64,000 bases of DNA from an uncultured Bacillota bacterium (GTDB lineage Bacteria > Bacillota_I > Bacilli_A > RF39 > UBA660). The translations under genes and the position numbers were made by a program. The notes below the pieces were generated by a model. That model searched no databases. It saw nothing but the letters and a program-made list of their open reading frames with translations, and was not told where the DNA came from. Position 1 is the first letter of the stretch. Every line of letters begins with the position of its first letter. The stretch lies in NCBI GenBank assembly GCA_900317975.1, contig ONIZ01000002.1, forward strand, positions 6,473 to 70,472, given 5' to 3'. Of this stretch, positions 44,977 through 63,043 are shown piece by piece.

Positions 44977-45107
44977 AATTTTAATTTTTAGAGCATAACT
45001 TTTAGGAATATGCTCATTTATTATTAAATTATTTATTATTTATAGGATAGTGCGAAATAAAGCATATATTTGCGTTATAAACGCACTAACCTATAAAACA
45101 ATATAAA

Positions 45108-51844
<6,737 letters not shown>

Positions 51845-51845
<1 letters not shown>

Positions 51846-53542
51846 TATTGTTGAAATTTATTTTTATAGGCTGTTCTAATATTGCGTCTAGTTTCATCCA
51901 CAGATTGTTCTCCTAAAATAGATAATATTTCTTGAGTTGTAGCTCCAGAAGCATTGTTATATTCAGTCATTAAAGAATCAAACCAATCTTCTGTTATAAC
52001 ACCCAAATTAGTATAAGTATTTAATTTATTTTGAGCAGTTATTACTTGCCAAAGTGCGGCTTTTGCTGCTTGCGGACTTCCAAATATTTGATTTAAATTA
52101 AATTGTGTGCCATTGGAATTATTATATAAATATACATAATTACCATTAAAATCTGAACCTACTTGATATGTTCCTTGAGAATTACTACCTTGTAATCTTA
52201 CACTTTTTTTAAACTTAGGCATATGATAGCCTTCCATAGTTTTTATTTCATCTCTTGCAATAACACCTAAATCATTTTTATATGCGGCAATAGCTTCTTT
52301 TTCAAAAAAATTATTAACAAAAACTTTATATCCAGGATGTACTTGTTTACTACCGTCTTTATTTTCTCTAGCAGGAATATAAATTATATGACCATAATTT
52401 TCTCCATCTGTGGCAGGTTTAATAGATACTGCATCCGATTGATTTTCCATAGCATATGCTATATCTTGAATTATTTGATCTCTAGTGACATCATTTGTGT
52501 TAGGTTCGAATTCACCACCTTCAAATGTTTCTCTTTTAAATTCATTTCCGTTAATAGTCCATACAGGAAAATTAGCAGCATTAGTACCAACTAGTTGATT
52601 ATAAAACGTTTTTTGTATTTCTTGTTTATTAAATTTAGTTTCACCAGCTTTAATACCAAAATTTACTCTATCCATATAAGCTTGCATTTCTTGAAAACTT
52701 CCTAATCCATTACCTGTTTTTATTTGTCCATTATCTACAAAAGCAAATGTATCTATATAATCTAACGATGAATGAACAGGAACATTATCTACAACGGGAT
52801 TTTGATATTTAGAATTAAGTTTGTTATATCTATAATCAAATTCAATTAAAGCATATCCAGCTTTATTTAAATATCCTCCATCGCCAACATTATGAAAAAT
52901 TGTTTTAACAGGATATTCTTTTGTAATAGAATTTATACTTTTAGCTAAAACCATAAAAGCGTTTTCATCATGAGGAATTGTAACAGTTCTATTACTTTTA
53001 TCTACATATATACCATATTTAGTTAAATCTATTTTATTATTATTTGTATATTTTTCTAAAGCGTCGAAATACCATTCATTAAAATTAATAGTTTTACTAT
53101 CTTGAATTTGTCCATTTTTAGTAAACAATTCATTATAATTTTTAATTATTTCTCCAAATCCATCAGGATAATAAGTATTATCTGCTTGTCCAACTGGATT
53201 AATATTAGGGGCACTACTTCTGAAAAAACCACTTTCATTAGGTTTATAAAAGTTTGAAGCTTCGTCCCACTTTCCACTAATTAACAAATTATAAAAATTA
53301 TATTTTGCTTTATCTTTATCAGAATATCCCTCTATAGCATTCTTATAATTATCTATTTTTGTTTGTTGTATTCTTTCTTCATCATTAAATTTCATTAAAT
53401 ATTCATTATATCTATCTTCATTTATTTTTCCATTTTCAAAAGCAGACTTTACTTTATTTCGCCTATCATTATAATCTATCAATTGAAAACCATATTCCAA
53501 TTGAGAATTAACATCAAAATTTTGTTCAGGCATAATTATCAA
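51845..53542 (-). CDS. hypothetical virion protein (565 aa)
   Basis: Long ORF whose stop overlaps the next start (TAATG). Confidence 0.75.
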
Positions 53543-53545
53543 TAA

Positions 53546-54634
53546 TTAAAAAGTTATACCATCTTCTCCTGCCATATCGTCACTAGAAGCACCATTTACG
53601 CTTTCTGTTGTATCACTAGTTCTATTTGTAGTTCCAGCAGATTCTCCACCTAAATCACCATATCCAGGAGTTTCATTTATATTATTTTTTCCTCCACCTT
53701 TAAATAAATAAGGATTAAATAAATTAACATCTCTAGAAGTAACAAGTTTTCTATATTTACTACCCTCAATACTATTCACAAATGTATATTGAATAAACTC
53801 TAAAGGACTTCTTTCAACCCCACTAGCAGTATATAATCCATAATCTGTATTATCTCCATGTTCTTTAGCCCATTTAGCATATTTAATTTTTTGATTAATA
53901 TGAGCTTGATAAGCTTGATTATGTTCATATAAACCTATAACACTTTTAAATAATTTATCACCTGTTACTTCTTCTTTCATATTTCCATATTTATCTATTA
54001 TAGCAGCACTAACAATATCTTCACTATTTGCTCCAACTTCTTTTCCATTTATATCATAAAATTTAAGAGTCTCACCAGAAGTTACATCAGGTCTAGTAAA
54101 TTTAATTACTTCTTCAAACATTTTAGTATCATCTATATAACTTACTGGTCTATCTATCGGCTCCCATTTACTACCTCCTATAATTTTACTTCCATCTTGT
54201 GAATATTTATCTTCATAATAATAAGGATTTTTATCAATATACATGTCTTTCATATATTCAGGAATATCAGTACGTTTTAATATTTCATCTTTAAATGCTT
54301 TATAATCTTGTTGCGCTCTTAATCTTCCTAATACTCTAGGATCGCTCATTATTTTACCACTTTTAGCAATAATATCATCTAAAGCGTAATACATATTTCC
54401 ATATTTAATACTATCGTCAATTGTTTGTTGTAATTCATCTAATAATTCTTGTTTAGTTCCATCCTCTTTTTCATTAAAATCAAGTTGTCCAATAGCAGTT
54501 TGTAATTGACTAGCTGCTTCTACTGCTTTTAAATGACCAGCTTCTAATTTATCAGAAGTTGATATTAATTGGTCAATAGCAGCTTTTCTTGATTCAGCTG
54601 TACCATCTTGATATATATAATTTCCAAAAGTCAT
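53546..54634 (-). CDS. hypothetical virion protein (362 aa)
   Basis: Long ORF within the same tightly packed leftward operon. Confidence 0.75.
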   Translation of the reverse strand: MTFGNYIYQDGTAESRKAAIDQLISTSDKLEAGHLKAVEAASQLQTAIGQLDFNEKEDGTKQELLDELQQTIDDSIKYGNMYYALDDIIAKSGKIMSDPRVLGRLRAQQDYKAFKDEILKRTDIPEYMKDMYIDKNPYYYEDKYSQDGSKIIGGSKWEPIDRPVSYIDDTKMFEEVIKFTRPDVTSGETLKFYDINGKEVGANSEDIVSAAIIDKYGNMKEEVTGDKLFKSVIGLYEHNQAYQAHINQKIKYAKWAKEHGDNTDYGLYTASGVERSPLEFIQYTFVNSIEGSKYRKLVTSRDVNLFNPYLFKGGGKNNINETPGYGDLGGESAGTTNRTSDTTESVNGASSDDMAGEDGITF

Positions 54635-54649
54635 AATTGTATAAATTTA

Positions 54650-56581
54650 TTAAACATGTGACATAGCTTCAACAGAATTTGGATTTCCAGCTAAAGCAGC
54701 TTTATATCTTAACCAATTATATATAGTATTTCCTCCAGCATTAGCAAATTGATTTACAATACCTGCATAAGTTTCTAACATTTTAGTTTCATTTTCACTA
54801 CGTTTATCAAGTAATTGCATATTTAACATTGCTTTCTGATGTTCAACATTTTGTGCATTTTGAATATTTTTAGCAATAGTTTGACCTTGTTGCAATAAAT
54901 TTTGATTAATTAAATTTGTTTCAATATTTTCTTTTTGTCCATATAATTTCATATTTTGTAAAGCAGTATTATATCGTGCGCCATGTTTTCTTGCTAAAGC
55001 TACTTGAGAACTAGCTGTATTTGCATCTATATCTCTTAATGTTAAACCTAAGTTTCTTCTATTTTCAGATAATTGAGGATTTATATTAAATCTTGTTTTT
55101 AAACTAATTAAAGGTATATCATAAGATTTAATACTATCTACAATAGATTTCATTTTATTTAAATAATGCGCATTAGATAGAACATTTGCAGAAGCTCCAG
55201 CCAATCCAGTCAATGCAGATGCTCCATGTAAAATAACATTACCTAAAAAATATCCTGCACCTTGAGGACCATATTTATCAGTTAATTTTTCTCTTATAGA
55301 TTTCTTTTTAGCAGGAATATTATTTTCTGTTAGTTTATCTTCAGGTTTTGGATTTTCAATAACTCTATAAGGAGATTTAACTTTATCTACAGTTTTATCA
55401 CCTATTTTATAACTTTTTGGTTCAAGTAATCCAGTTTCAGGATTAATATTATATTTAAAATCTGTAGCAATAATTGGAGTAACTCCTATAGGCATATCTT
55501 CTTTTCTTTCATACCATTTTCCGTCTGTACCCCAAAGTGCTCTTTTTCTATTATTTGATTGATATTGTTTCCCTGTAGAGGGAACATATCCTAAAAGACT
55601 TGCATTTTTTTCTTTGTTTGTCATACCACCATATTGTTTTTTTGTTCTTTGACTATTTCTAATTTTTTCGTCTAAATCTTTATTTTTATTTTTAAATGTA
55701 TTATATAACATATTGTTTAAATATAATTTATCTTTTTGATTTTCTCCAGTTGCTATAAAACTGCTATAATTTTTTGTTTCATTTATAGGTATATTTTTTA
55801 ATAAAGATTCTGCATTATAAATATTAACTCCGTTTGATTTTAATTTATTTAATATTTGTAAAGCATTAGAATCACCCATATTATAAGCCATAAGAGCTTT
55901 AATTGTAGTAACAGTATCATTTTCATTATTAGGATTATTTATCCAAGGTCTATTCATATATCCATCCATTAATTTATTTCTAACCATTATTGCTGTATCA
56001 GTATTTAAAACACTTTCATAAGAAATAGAATCGCCAGTTTGTCTATTATATTCATCTACGCCAATAGGTCTAATTTGAAATAATCCTCTTGCATTTTTAC
56101 TATTTGTTGAAGTAGTGTCATATTTACTTTCAGCATAAGCTTGTCTACTAGCAACATCTTCTAAATAATTGTTTTCTCCCTCTAAAGGGGATTTATTACT
56201 ATTTCCGCCAAATAATTTTTTAACAAATTCTTTTATTCCAAATTTAGCTTTTTTCTTACTGCCATCATCATTAATTCCATTAATCTGCTTATATTGTTCT
56301 TGTGCTGCAAATATTAAATTTGGATTAGCACCTTTTAAAACTAAATTTGCAGGACTTTCACCACCTAAAAATTTTTGTGCACTAAACACTCTTACTTCAT
56401 TATTGTTTTTATCTTTTTTAACTATTTCTCCATTATCAACAGATAATTTAGCAATACCATTTTTTAGTTTTACATCTGTATCTATATCATCAGTTTTATT
56501 CGGATTTTTACCTATCATTAAATAATAATCATTTCCAATAGGTAATGCTAAACCTTTTTTTGTAGTAATATTGTTAATCAT
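54650..56581 (-). CDS. internal/ejected virion protein with lytic transglycosylase (SLT) domain (643 aa)
   Basis: AYAESKYDTTSTNSKNARGLFQIRP fits the SLT catalytic Glu-Ser ... GLMQ pattern. The C-terminal half is hydrophobic plus coiled-coil. Confidence 0.65.
   Translation of the reverse strand: MINNITTKKGLALPIGNDYYLMIGKNPNKTDDIDTDVKLKNGIAKLSVDNGEIVKKDKNNNEVRVFSAQKFLGGESPANLVLKGANPNLIFAAQEQYKQINGINDDGSKKKAKFGIKEFVKKLFGGNSNKSPLEGENNYLEDVASRQAYAESKYDTTSTNSKNARGLFQIRPIGVDEYNRQTGDSISYESVLNTDTAIMVRNKLMDGYMNRPWINNPNNENDTVTTIKALMAYNMGDSNALQILNKLKSNGVNIYNAESLLKNIPINETKNYSSFIATGENQKDKLYLNNMLYNTFKNKNKDLDEKIRNSQRTKKQYGGMTNKEKNASLLGYVPSTGKQYQSNNRKRALWGTDGKWYERKEDMPIGVTPIIATDFKYNINPETGLLEPKSYKIGDKTVDKVKSPYRVIENPKPEDKLTENNIPAKKKSIREKLTDKYGPQGAGYFLGNVILHGASALTGLAGASANVLSNAHYLNKMKSIVDSIKSYDIPLISLKTRFNINPQLSENRRNLGLTLRDIDANTASSQVALARKHGARYNTALQNMKLYGQKENIETNLINQNLLQQGQTIAKNIQNAQNVEHQKAMLNMQLLDKRSENETKMLETYAGIVNQFANAGGNTIYNWLRYKAALAGNPNSVEAMSHV
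55570..55582 (+). repeat. dispersed GC-rich motif copy (tccctgtagaggg), in the SLT-domain gene
   Basis: 26 nt (55565-55590) match 5916-5941 with one mismatch. Confidence 0.85.
56178..56190 (-). repeat. dispersed GC-rich motif variant (rc cccctttagaggg), in the SLT-domain gene
   Basis: Translated as SPLEGE. Confidence 0.55.
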
Positions 56582-56642
56582 AATATTATATTAAATTTAA
56601 TTTATTTTAATATTATATTTAAGTTAAATAAAATATTCATAT

Positions 56643-57161
56643 TTAAAATGGCCATGTTAATACATTTTTATTATTTTTTAAATATTTATATACATCATCA
56701 TCATTTGATAATTCTCCTAATCTTTTTTCTAAGTTTTTTTGACGCCAACAATCTTTATATATTGCAAATGTTTTTCTATTTTTGTCTCTATTAAATGTTG
56801 GAGGTTCAAGTTCATAAACTTCATTGTTTTTTAATATTTTTTTAACATTATGTAATTTATGATATTTATTTTCTTTAAATATATTTTTAACAGTTTTAAC
56901 ACCTTGTTTAACAGTTCCATATCCAGGAACAATATAAGGTATCATAGCTTCAGTATGTCCTTGACTAACATCTTTAAAAGGAAATAACATTTCGGCAAAA
57001 GGATTACCTGTTAATTTATCTAAATATCCTTCTACATTTTCTTTAATTACTTGTCCATAACTACGATTAGTTCCAACTGCTGATGGTACTGTATCACCAC
57101 CATTTTTAAATAAAATACGATCAATACTATTTTGTTGATTAACTTTTTTAATTGTTTTCAT
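56643..57161 (-). CDS. hypothetical protein (172 aa) sharing an N-terminal leader with 57864-58502
   Basis: MKTIKKVNQQNSIDRILFKNGGDT compared with MKKIKKINQQNNVDGILFKCGGST. Confidence 0.7.
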   Translation of the reverse strand: MKTIKKVNQQNSIDRILFKNGGDTVPSAVGTNRSYGQVIKENVEGYLDKLTGNPFAEMLFPFKDVSQGHTEAMIPYIVPGYGTVKQGVKTVKNIFKENKYHKLHNVKKILKNNEVYELEPPTFNRDKNRKTFAIYKDCWRQKNLEKRLGELSNDDDVYKYLKNNKNVLTWPF

Positions 57162-57754
57162 ATCATTTTATGTTTATATTTAAGATAATTTAATTTATTT
57201 CTTAAAATATTAATTTCTGCTCTCGCTCTGAAATTATATTTTAAGGCACCTAAAACTTCATCGGAAAATTGTTCTGCTATTTCTTTATGTGTTAAGCCTT
57301 TTGTTTCAGGAGGTAAAGTATTTGTTGGAACAATACACACATCATGGCTACCAATTATATCCGATTTAATTACCATAGCTCTTATTTTATAATCAGTATC
57401 TTTATATACTATACATTCTACTCCGTCATAAGCTATTCCTGCTTTAGCATAATCTTCAGCTTCTTGTTTATCATAAATTTTAATACCTTTTGCAAGTAAT
57501 TCTTTTTTCTTTCTTTGAGTAGCAGGCCAGTCTATTACATTATGTTTTTTAACAAGACTCATATCTTCATATTCTATTAATAATATTCCAAGACCATTTG
57601 TAAATCTTACTCCATTACCTTTTACAACTTCATTCATTACCTCAATATAATGCCTACAAATAAGTCTTTTATATTCTTCAAATGAAATATTTTTATAAGA
57701 TTGTGTTCGACTTATAAAATCATTATAATAATCTTTTATTGTTAAACTTTTCAT
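57158..57754 (-). CDS. hypothetical protein (198 aa), possibly HU/IHF-like DNA-binding
   Basis: VMNEVVKGNGVRFTNGLGILLIEYE loosely resembles the HU/IHF helix-arm junction. This is a weak assignment. Confidence 0.3.
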   Translation of the reverse strand: MKSLTIKDYYNDFISRTQSYKNISFEEYKRLICRHYIEVMNEVVKGNGVRFTNGLGILLIEYEDMSLVKKHNVIDWPATQRKKKELLAKGIKIYDKQEAEDYAKAGIAYDGVECIVYKDTDYKIRAMVIKSDIIGSHDVCIVPTNTLPPETKGLTHKEIAEQFSDEVLGALKYNFRARAEINILRNKLNYLKYKHKMI

Positions 57755-57853
57755 GTTGTATAAGATTATATAATTTGACTTCGTTTTATTCGTTTTAAGA
57801 CAATCTTTGTTGTCGCTTATTGTTTGATTTAGTTAATGTTTTAATTTTAATAT

Positions 57854-57870
57854 AAAGCTAATTTTAGCTT
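57854..57870. repeat. AAAGCTA-ATTT-TAGCTT hairpin, copy 4 (overlaps the stop of 57864-58502)
   Basis: Variant of the hairpin at 10371. Confidence 0.55.
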
Positions 57871-58502
57871 AAATATAAAGAATTTAATTGTCCTCGACGG
57901 CGTTTTATTAATTCATTTTGCTGTCCATTATATATAGAATTTCTTTCATTAATTGTTTCTCTAATATTATTAAAATTAGGAGTTACATAATTATATTGTT
58001 TACCAATTCTACCAGCAGCTGCAAGTGCGAGTTCGTTATTTTTTAATTGAGCATTTGCATCTATTATATTACTAGTTATATTACTTCCAACTCCTAAAAT
58101 AGAAGATATTAAATTTCCAGTATCACTTGCTCCCCATTCTGCTTTTTTTCTACATTTTTTAAATTTACCTCCCATTTTAGCTGCTAATAAAGATTTTTTA
58201 AAATCATCATATACATTAATATTAGAATTTATTTTATTATAATATTCATTTTCAGCATTTTGTTTATTTTGTGCATCTAATTTATCCATTAATTCTTTTT
58301 GCTGTTTATAATTTTGCATAGCAATATCTTGTTGTTTATTTGAATTTATTACAGAATTAATAATATTTCCAATGGCACTTACTCCAGCACCTATAAGTGC
58401 TCCCCAAAAGGCTTTTTTACGAACTTTTTTTGTACTACCACCACATTTAAATAAAATACCATCAACATTGTTTTGTTGATTAATTTTTTTAATTTTTTTC
58501 AT
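57864..58502 (-). CDS. hypothetical protein (212 aa) with internal GG-x-KK-x-RKKA-x-WGA repeat
   Basis: GGSTKKVRKKAFWGA and GGKFKKCRKKAEWGA. It shares its N-terminal leader with 56643-57161. Confidence 0.7.
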   Translation of the reverse strand: MKKIKKINQQNNVDGILFKCGGSTKKVRKKAFWGALIGAGVSAIGNIINSVINSNKQQDIAMQNYKQQKELMDKLDAQNKQNAENEYYNKINSNINVYDDFKKSLLAAKMGGKFKKCRKKAEWGASDTGNLISSILGVGSNITSNIIDANAQLKNNELALAAAGRIGKQYNYVTPNFNNIRETINERNSIYNGQQNELIKRRRGQLNSLYLS

Positions 58503-58504
58503 AT

Positions 58505-61500
58505 TTACATATTATTTGTTTGTTGAGTTGTATTTACAACTAATGATTGAATTTCAAATTTATCAGATTCATCATTAAAATTATTTACATTAAAACCAAA
58601 TTCTATAATAAAATAATTTCCATATAATCTTGCTCTATCGTCTGCTTTTGTATAATCTTTTCCAGATATTTTAGAATAATTTATATCATTTATCTTATTT
58701 CTTATATTTCTAAACATATTCATTATCCAATCACCTAAATAATAATAAGGTAGGTCATAATTATTTCTATCGTTAAAATTTTGATTTTGTGCATTTTTAA
58801 TATCAATCCAACCAGTATCAATATTTTCATTATAAATTCTTACATAATCTCCACAGAAAGGTATTCTTATATTTTCAATTGGATCATTTGTAAAATCAAT
58901 ACTATTTTGTGTGTTAGGATCTTCTGATTTAGTATATTTAAATAATTTAAACATTATATTTTCTAAAAATTTAATTCCATTATAATTATAATTATATACA
59001 AATCCTAATTTATTAGTTAATTCAATATATTCACTATTTTGATTTAATATTTTAAATATATTTTTTTCAAATTTATAATTATTAAAACATTTTATAGCAG
59101 AAGTTTCATAAGTAAGTCCATTATTTATAAATTTATTATTTTGTAACAAATATAATTTATTTTTAGTATTATATGCTTCTGTAAACCAAAATATATTTGA
59201 GTTTAATGTACTAATAAATGTATTTATTGCATAATCATATAATAGTATTAATAATTTTTCTTCGTTATTTACAATATAATTAAATTGAATTAATAAATTA
59301 TTTCGTTCTACATCATTTGCAAATCTTACTTTATAAGGTTTATATTTTTGTAACCATTCTAAAATAGGATAATCTATATGAATTAATTGATTATTATCTA
59401 ATCTTAAAATACGATTTATATCATTTTCATAAAATATATATCCAAATGATCCTATAATAGCAGCATCTTTATCTTGTAGACCTGCATAACCTTTATCTGT
59501 AGGCAATAATTCTTTATATGAAATATCTTTAATAGAAGATTGAGTAATTTGTAAACTTTCTTCTGTTGTAGCAAGATAATCTTTAAATTGTAATAAATAA
59601 ATAGATTGTTCACAATGTATAAACATTGACTCTCCTAACACAAATAATTTTACTATTTTTCCTTTATTTTCAGATATTAATTTATATGATTCTACTTCTA
59701 TTTTATTCCAAGTATTTATTTTTGATTCATCTCCATATACATTTGTAAATAAAATAGTGTTTGCTTTATTTTCAATGTTTCTATCATCAAATTTATAAAA
59801 TGGAAATAATATAGATTTATGATAAGATTCTAAACTTATATCAAACAAATTTAATGAATTTATAGGTAATACATAAGAACAATCTTTTCCTATATTTCCA
59901 ACACTTTTTATATATAGACTAGATTCACCAGTATTGTCTATAGTATAAAGTATCTTACTTAATAATTCAGCTTTTCTATTTTCGTCAATTGTAGTTCTAG
60001 GATTATTTATTTCAAGATTCCATTTAAACCCTCTTTCATCATATATATTTGAAGTTTTTGTATACATTACACTATCACCTCCAATAGGAAAATTGTCTTT
60101 AAATGTATTTATTTCTCCACATATATGTAATTCTTCATAAGTGTCATTAATATTTAAATAATAATTATCTGAATAATTCAATAATAATATAATATCTAAT
60201 TCATTTAATATTGTAAGATTAGAAAATAAATCCCTATATCTATCATCTAAAGATATATCATAATCATTAACTTGAATTACAGTTCCTCTATCTGGTCTAT
60301 GTGTAGATGGTTCTCCAGCCAAACATAATCTAGAATTATTTATTTTTAATAAAGCTCCATTTACTTTATTTCTAATTGCATCAAATATATTATAATTATC
60401 GTTTGTTGAATAAATTTCATATAAATAATTAAATACAGGTTTTGCTTTTATATTAAACATGTTATCATAAATAATTCCAAAATTTCTCCAATCGTTAGAA
60501 TAATATTTATATATAAACCCTCTACATTGATATAAAACATTTTCACACGGCTTAGAACAACTTATATAATAATTTTTAAATATTTCTTTATTTATATAAT
60601 TGTTATTATCAATTATATTCATTAATACAATATTATTTATTTTTTCTATAGGAGCTACAAAAAATGATTCTCCTAAAACATTTATATATCTTCCAAATCC
60701 AATATTACCATTTGTAACAACATTTCCATTAGATATTTCTAACAATCCTATAGATAAACAACTAGAATTAAAATCTTCAATCATTAATGTATTATTTATT
60801 TGAGTTCCATCTAAATTAAATTTCCATAAATTATTATTAACTTTATATACATTGTTTACTCTATAAAATATTGCATTTTCATCAAGTTTTATATTTTCTT
60901 TTATTACATAAAATCCTTTATATATAGAATAATCATTTCCTTCGCCCATTGCAGAATAATTTAATATTCCTGGTAAATATACTAAAGTATAATTATCATT
61001 ATCTGCATTATTATCTCCATTTTTTAATAAAGTATTATTTTTTAATCTTATTCCAGTTGTAATATTTCCAAAATTATCTACTAAATGTATATAAAAATTA
61101 TAAATTTGTAATGGTCTTAAAGATATATTTTTTGAATTATTTTCTCGTGTTATAAAAATAGGATAATAATCTTCAACATCAAAAATATTTTTATTTATTT
61201 GCATATCTTCATAATAAGAATTGCTTGAAAATGCAGTAAAATTACTAACATTTAAATCATTCCAATTAACTTTATCATCACTTGTAAGTATTCTTATTCC
61301 TTTTCCATAATTATTAGATAATCCAAGATGTGTTGATACTCCATAAATATTGTCAGTTAAAACTGAACCATTACTATTATATCCTATTATTAATTGAAAT
61401 GCATATATTGCTAATTTATTATTTCCGTCATCTACAAGTTCTGAATTTAATTGTAAAGCTCGTCTTAAACCAGCTCTTCTATTATAACTTGCTATTATAG

Positions 61501-63028
61501 TTTCTGGTACTTGATTTAATCCTTCTGAAACATCATCTATATAATTTGTAAAATCATAAGATTCTATTATTCCATCATGATATATAACACCTAATAAATA
61601 TATTTTTAATCCATTTTGTAAAAATAAACTTATTTCATTTCCAACACTTCTACCATTAAGCCATCCTTTATTATCAATTATATCATAAAGTATACTTGTG
61701 CCACTTAAATTTATTACTGATTTATTATTTATATATCCTTCAGCATTATATCCTTGTATTAAAATATATCTTTTTACAGCATTTATATCAAAATTATTTC
61801 CTAAAATAGATCTCAAAATATAATATTTATCTGCAAAAAAAGATTTTTTAAAATTTACATAATTTTGAAACCATCTATCAAATGAAATATTTGGTATTGA
61901 TGAAACAGGAATTAAATTTACATTATTAGCTAAATTTCTATTATATTCTTTTAAAATATCTGTATAATTATTTTCTTTATAAGAAGCAATATATAAACGA
62001 TTTTTATAAGCTATCATATTATTTATATTGCTTATATAATAATTAAAATTTTCAAATTCTTCTTCATAAACATTATTAATATCTAATGTATATTCATTTA
62101 CAGTTGTATTTATTTTTTTAGTTACATACTTTTTTAAAGAAGTTCTATTATGAACTATAATTCCCAAAGAAAAATATGTATAATTAGTATCTAAATTATC
62201 AAATATTAATTTTAAAGTATTATTTATTATATCATTATTGTTATTTAACATCGCATTATGATCTTCAATAGTTTCGCTATCATTTAATTTATATCTTAAT
62301 AAAACTTTTTTTTCTAATTCTAATAATATAAAATTATTTAATAATAAAAAATATTTTGTTTTATTTATATCATCTGTATAATAAGAAATATAAATATCTA
62401 TATATCCAGAATAAAATTTACCATTTACTTTAGAAACATTTAATAATTTTGGTAAAGAAATTAAAGGATTATTAAATAATTTATTTTCTTCTATATCTAT
62501 ATTTTCAATTGTTCTTTTTAAATTAATAATGGAATAACCATTTTTAGAATTACTTTCCGCAAAAGAAATTATTAAATCTTCATTATTATATATATATTCT
62601 CCAACATATTTTCCACCATAATAAGTCAATGCTGAATAAACTCTATTTATTACTTTTGTTCGTTCATCATATCTAATTAATTCAACACATTTTGAACCAT
62701 TTGGATTAATAACTTTAGACAAACTTTTATTCCAAACAAATAAAATTAATTCATTATTACATGGTAAAATATAAAGTATTTTATAACCTTTAATATATCC
62801 TACTAAAGGATTAATATAAACATCAGGATAAATAGATTTTAAATAATTCATTATAATTTCATTATCTCCAACTTCTTCAATATTTTGTAGAGCCATTCTA
62901 TCATTACTCATTCTCATATTTATAGTATCATGAAGACTATAATTTGGAACACCATTTATGTGTTTATTAAGGCTCATCATAGGAACAATATTACCTAAAG
63001 CCTTCCATTCTTGTTGTTCTTGAGCCAT
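58505..63028 (-). CDS. large virion structural protein (1507 aa), likely a tail component
   Basis: 4.5-kb ORF, Asn/Tyr-rich and beta-rich in appearance. The call rests on its position in the structural module. Confidence 0.6.
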   Translation of the reverse strand: MAQEQQEWKALGNIVPMMSLNKHINGVPNYSLHDTINMRMSNDRMALQNIEEVGDNEIIMNYLKSIYPDVYINPLVGYIKGYKILYILPCNNELILFVWNKSLSKVINPNGSKCVELIRYDERTKVINRVYSALTYYGGKYVGEYIYNNEDLIISFAESNSKNGYSIINLKRTIENIDIEENKLFNNPLISLPKLLNVSKVNGKFYSGYIDIYISYYTDDINKTKYFLLLNNFILLELEKKVLLRYKLNDSETIEDHNAMLNNNNDIINNTLKLIFDNLDTNYTYFSLGIIVHNRTSLKKYVTKKINTTVNEYTLDINNVYEEEFENFNYYISNINNMIAYKNRLYIASYKENNYTDILKEYNRNLANNVNLIPVSSIPNISFDRWFQNYVNFKKSFFADKYYILRSILGNNFDINAVKRYILIQGYNAEGYINNKSVINLSGTSILYDIIDNKGWLNGRSVGNEISLFLQNGLKIYLLGVIYHDGIIESYDFTNYIDDVSEGLNQVPETIIASYNRRAGLRRALQLNSELVDDGNNKLAIYAFQLIIGYNSNGSVLTDNIYGVSTHLGLSNNYGKGIRILTSDDKVNWNDLNVSNFTAFSSNSYYEDMQINKNIFDVEDYYPIFITRENNSKNISLRPLQIYNFYIHLVDNFGNITTGIRLKNNTLLKNGDNNADNDNYTLVYLPGILNYSAMGEGNDYSIYKGFYVIKENIKLDENAIFYRVNNVYKVNNNLWKFNLDGTQINNTLMIEDFNSSCLSIGLLEISNGNVVTNGNIGFGRYINVLGESFFVAPIEKINNIVLMNIIDNNNYINKEIFKNYYISCSKPCENVLYQCRGFIYKYYSNDWRNFGIIYDNMFNIKAKPVFNYLYEIYSTNDNYNIFDAIRNKVNGALLKINNSRLCLAGEPSTHRPDRGTVIQVNDYDISLDDRYRDLFSNLTILNELDIILLLNYSDNYYLNINDTYEELHICGEINTFKDNFPIGGDSVMYTKTSNIYDERGFKWNLEINNPRTTIDENRKAELLSKILYTIDNTGESSLYIKSVGNIGKDCSYVLPINSLNLFDISLESYHKSILFPFYKFDDRNIENKANTILFTNVYGDESKINTWNKIEVESYKLISENKGKIVKLFVLGESMFIHCEQSIYLLQFKDYLATTEESLQITQSSIKDISYKELLPTDKGYAGLQDKDAAIIGSFGYIFYENDINRILRLDNNQLIHIDYPILEWLQKYKPYKVRFANDVERNNLLIQFNYIVNNEEKLLILLYDYAINTFISTLNSNIFWFTEAYNTKNKLYLLQNNKFINNGLTYETSAIKCFNNYKFEKNIFKILNQNSEYIELTNKLGFVYNYNYNGIKFLENIMFKLFKYTKSEDPNTQNSIDFTNDPIENIRIPFCGDYVRIYNENIDTGWIDIKNAQNQNFNDRNNYDLPYYYLGDWIMNMFRNIRNKINDINYSKISGKDYTKADDRARLYGNYFIIEFGFNVNNFNDESDKFEIQSLVVNTTQQTNNM

Positions 63029-63043
63029 AATTAAATTATTTAA

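Noticed and set aside
45066-45073. + strand TATATTTG that could be an antisense promoter in the leftward module.
   Set aside because: There is no TTTG -33 element at the 19-21 nt spacing. It sits inside an intergenic hairpin, so it is probably coincidental.
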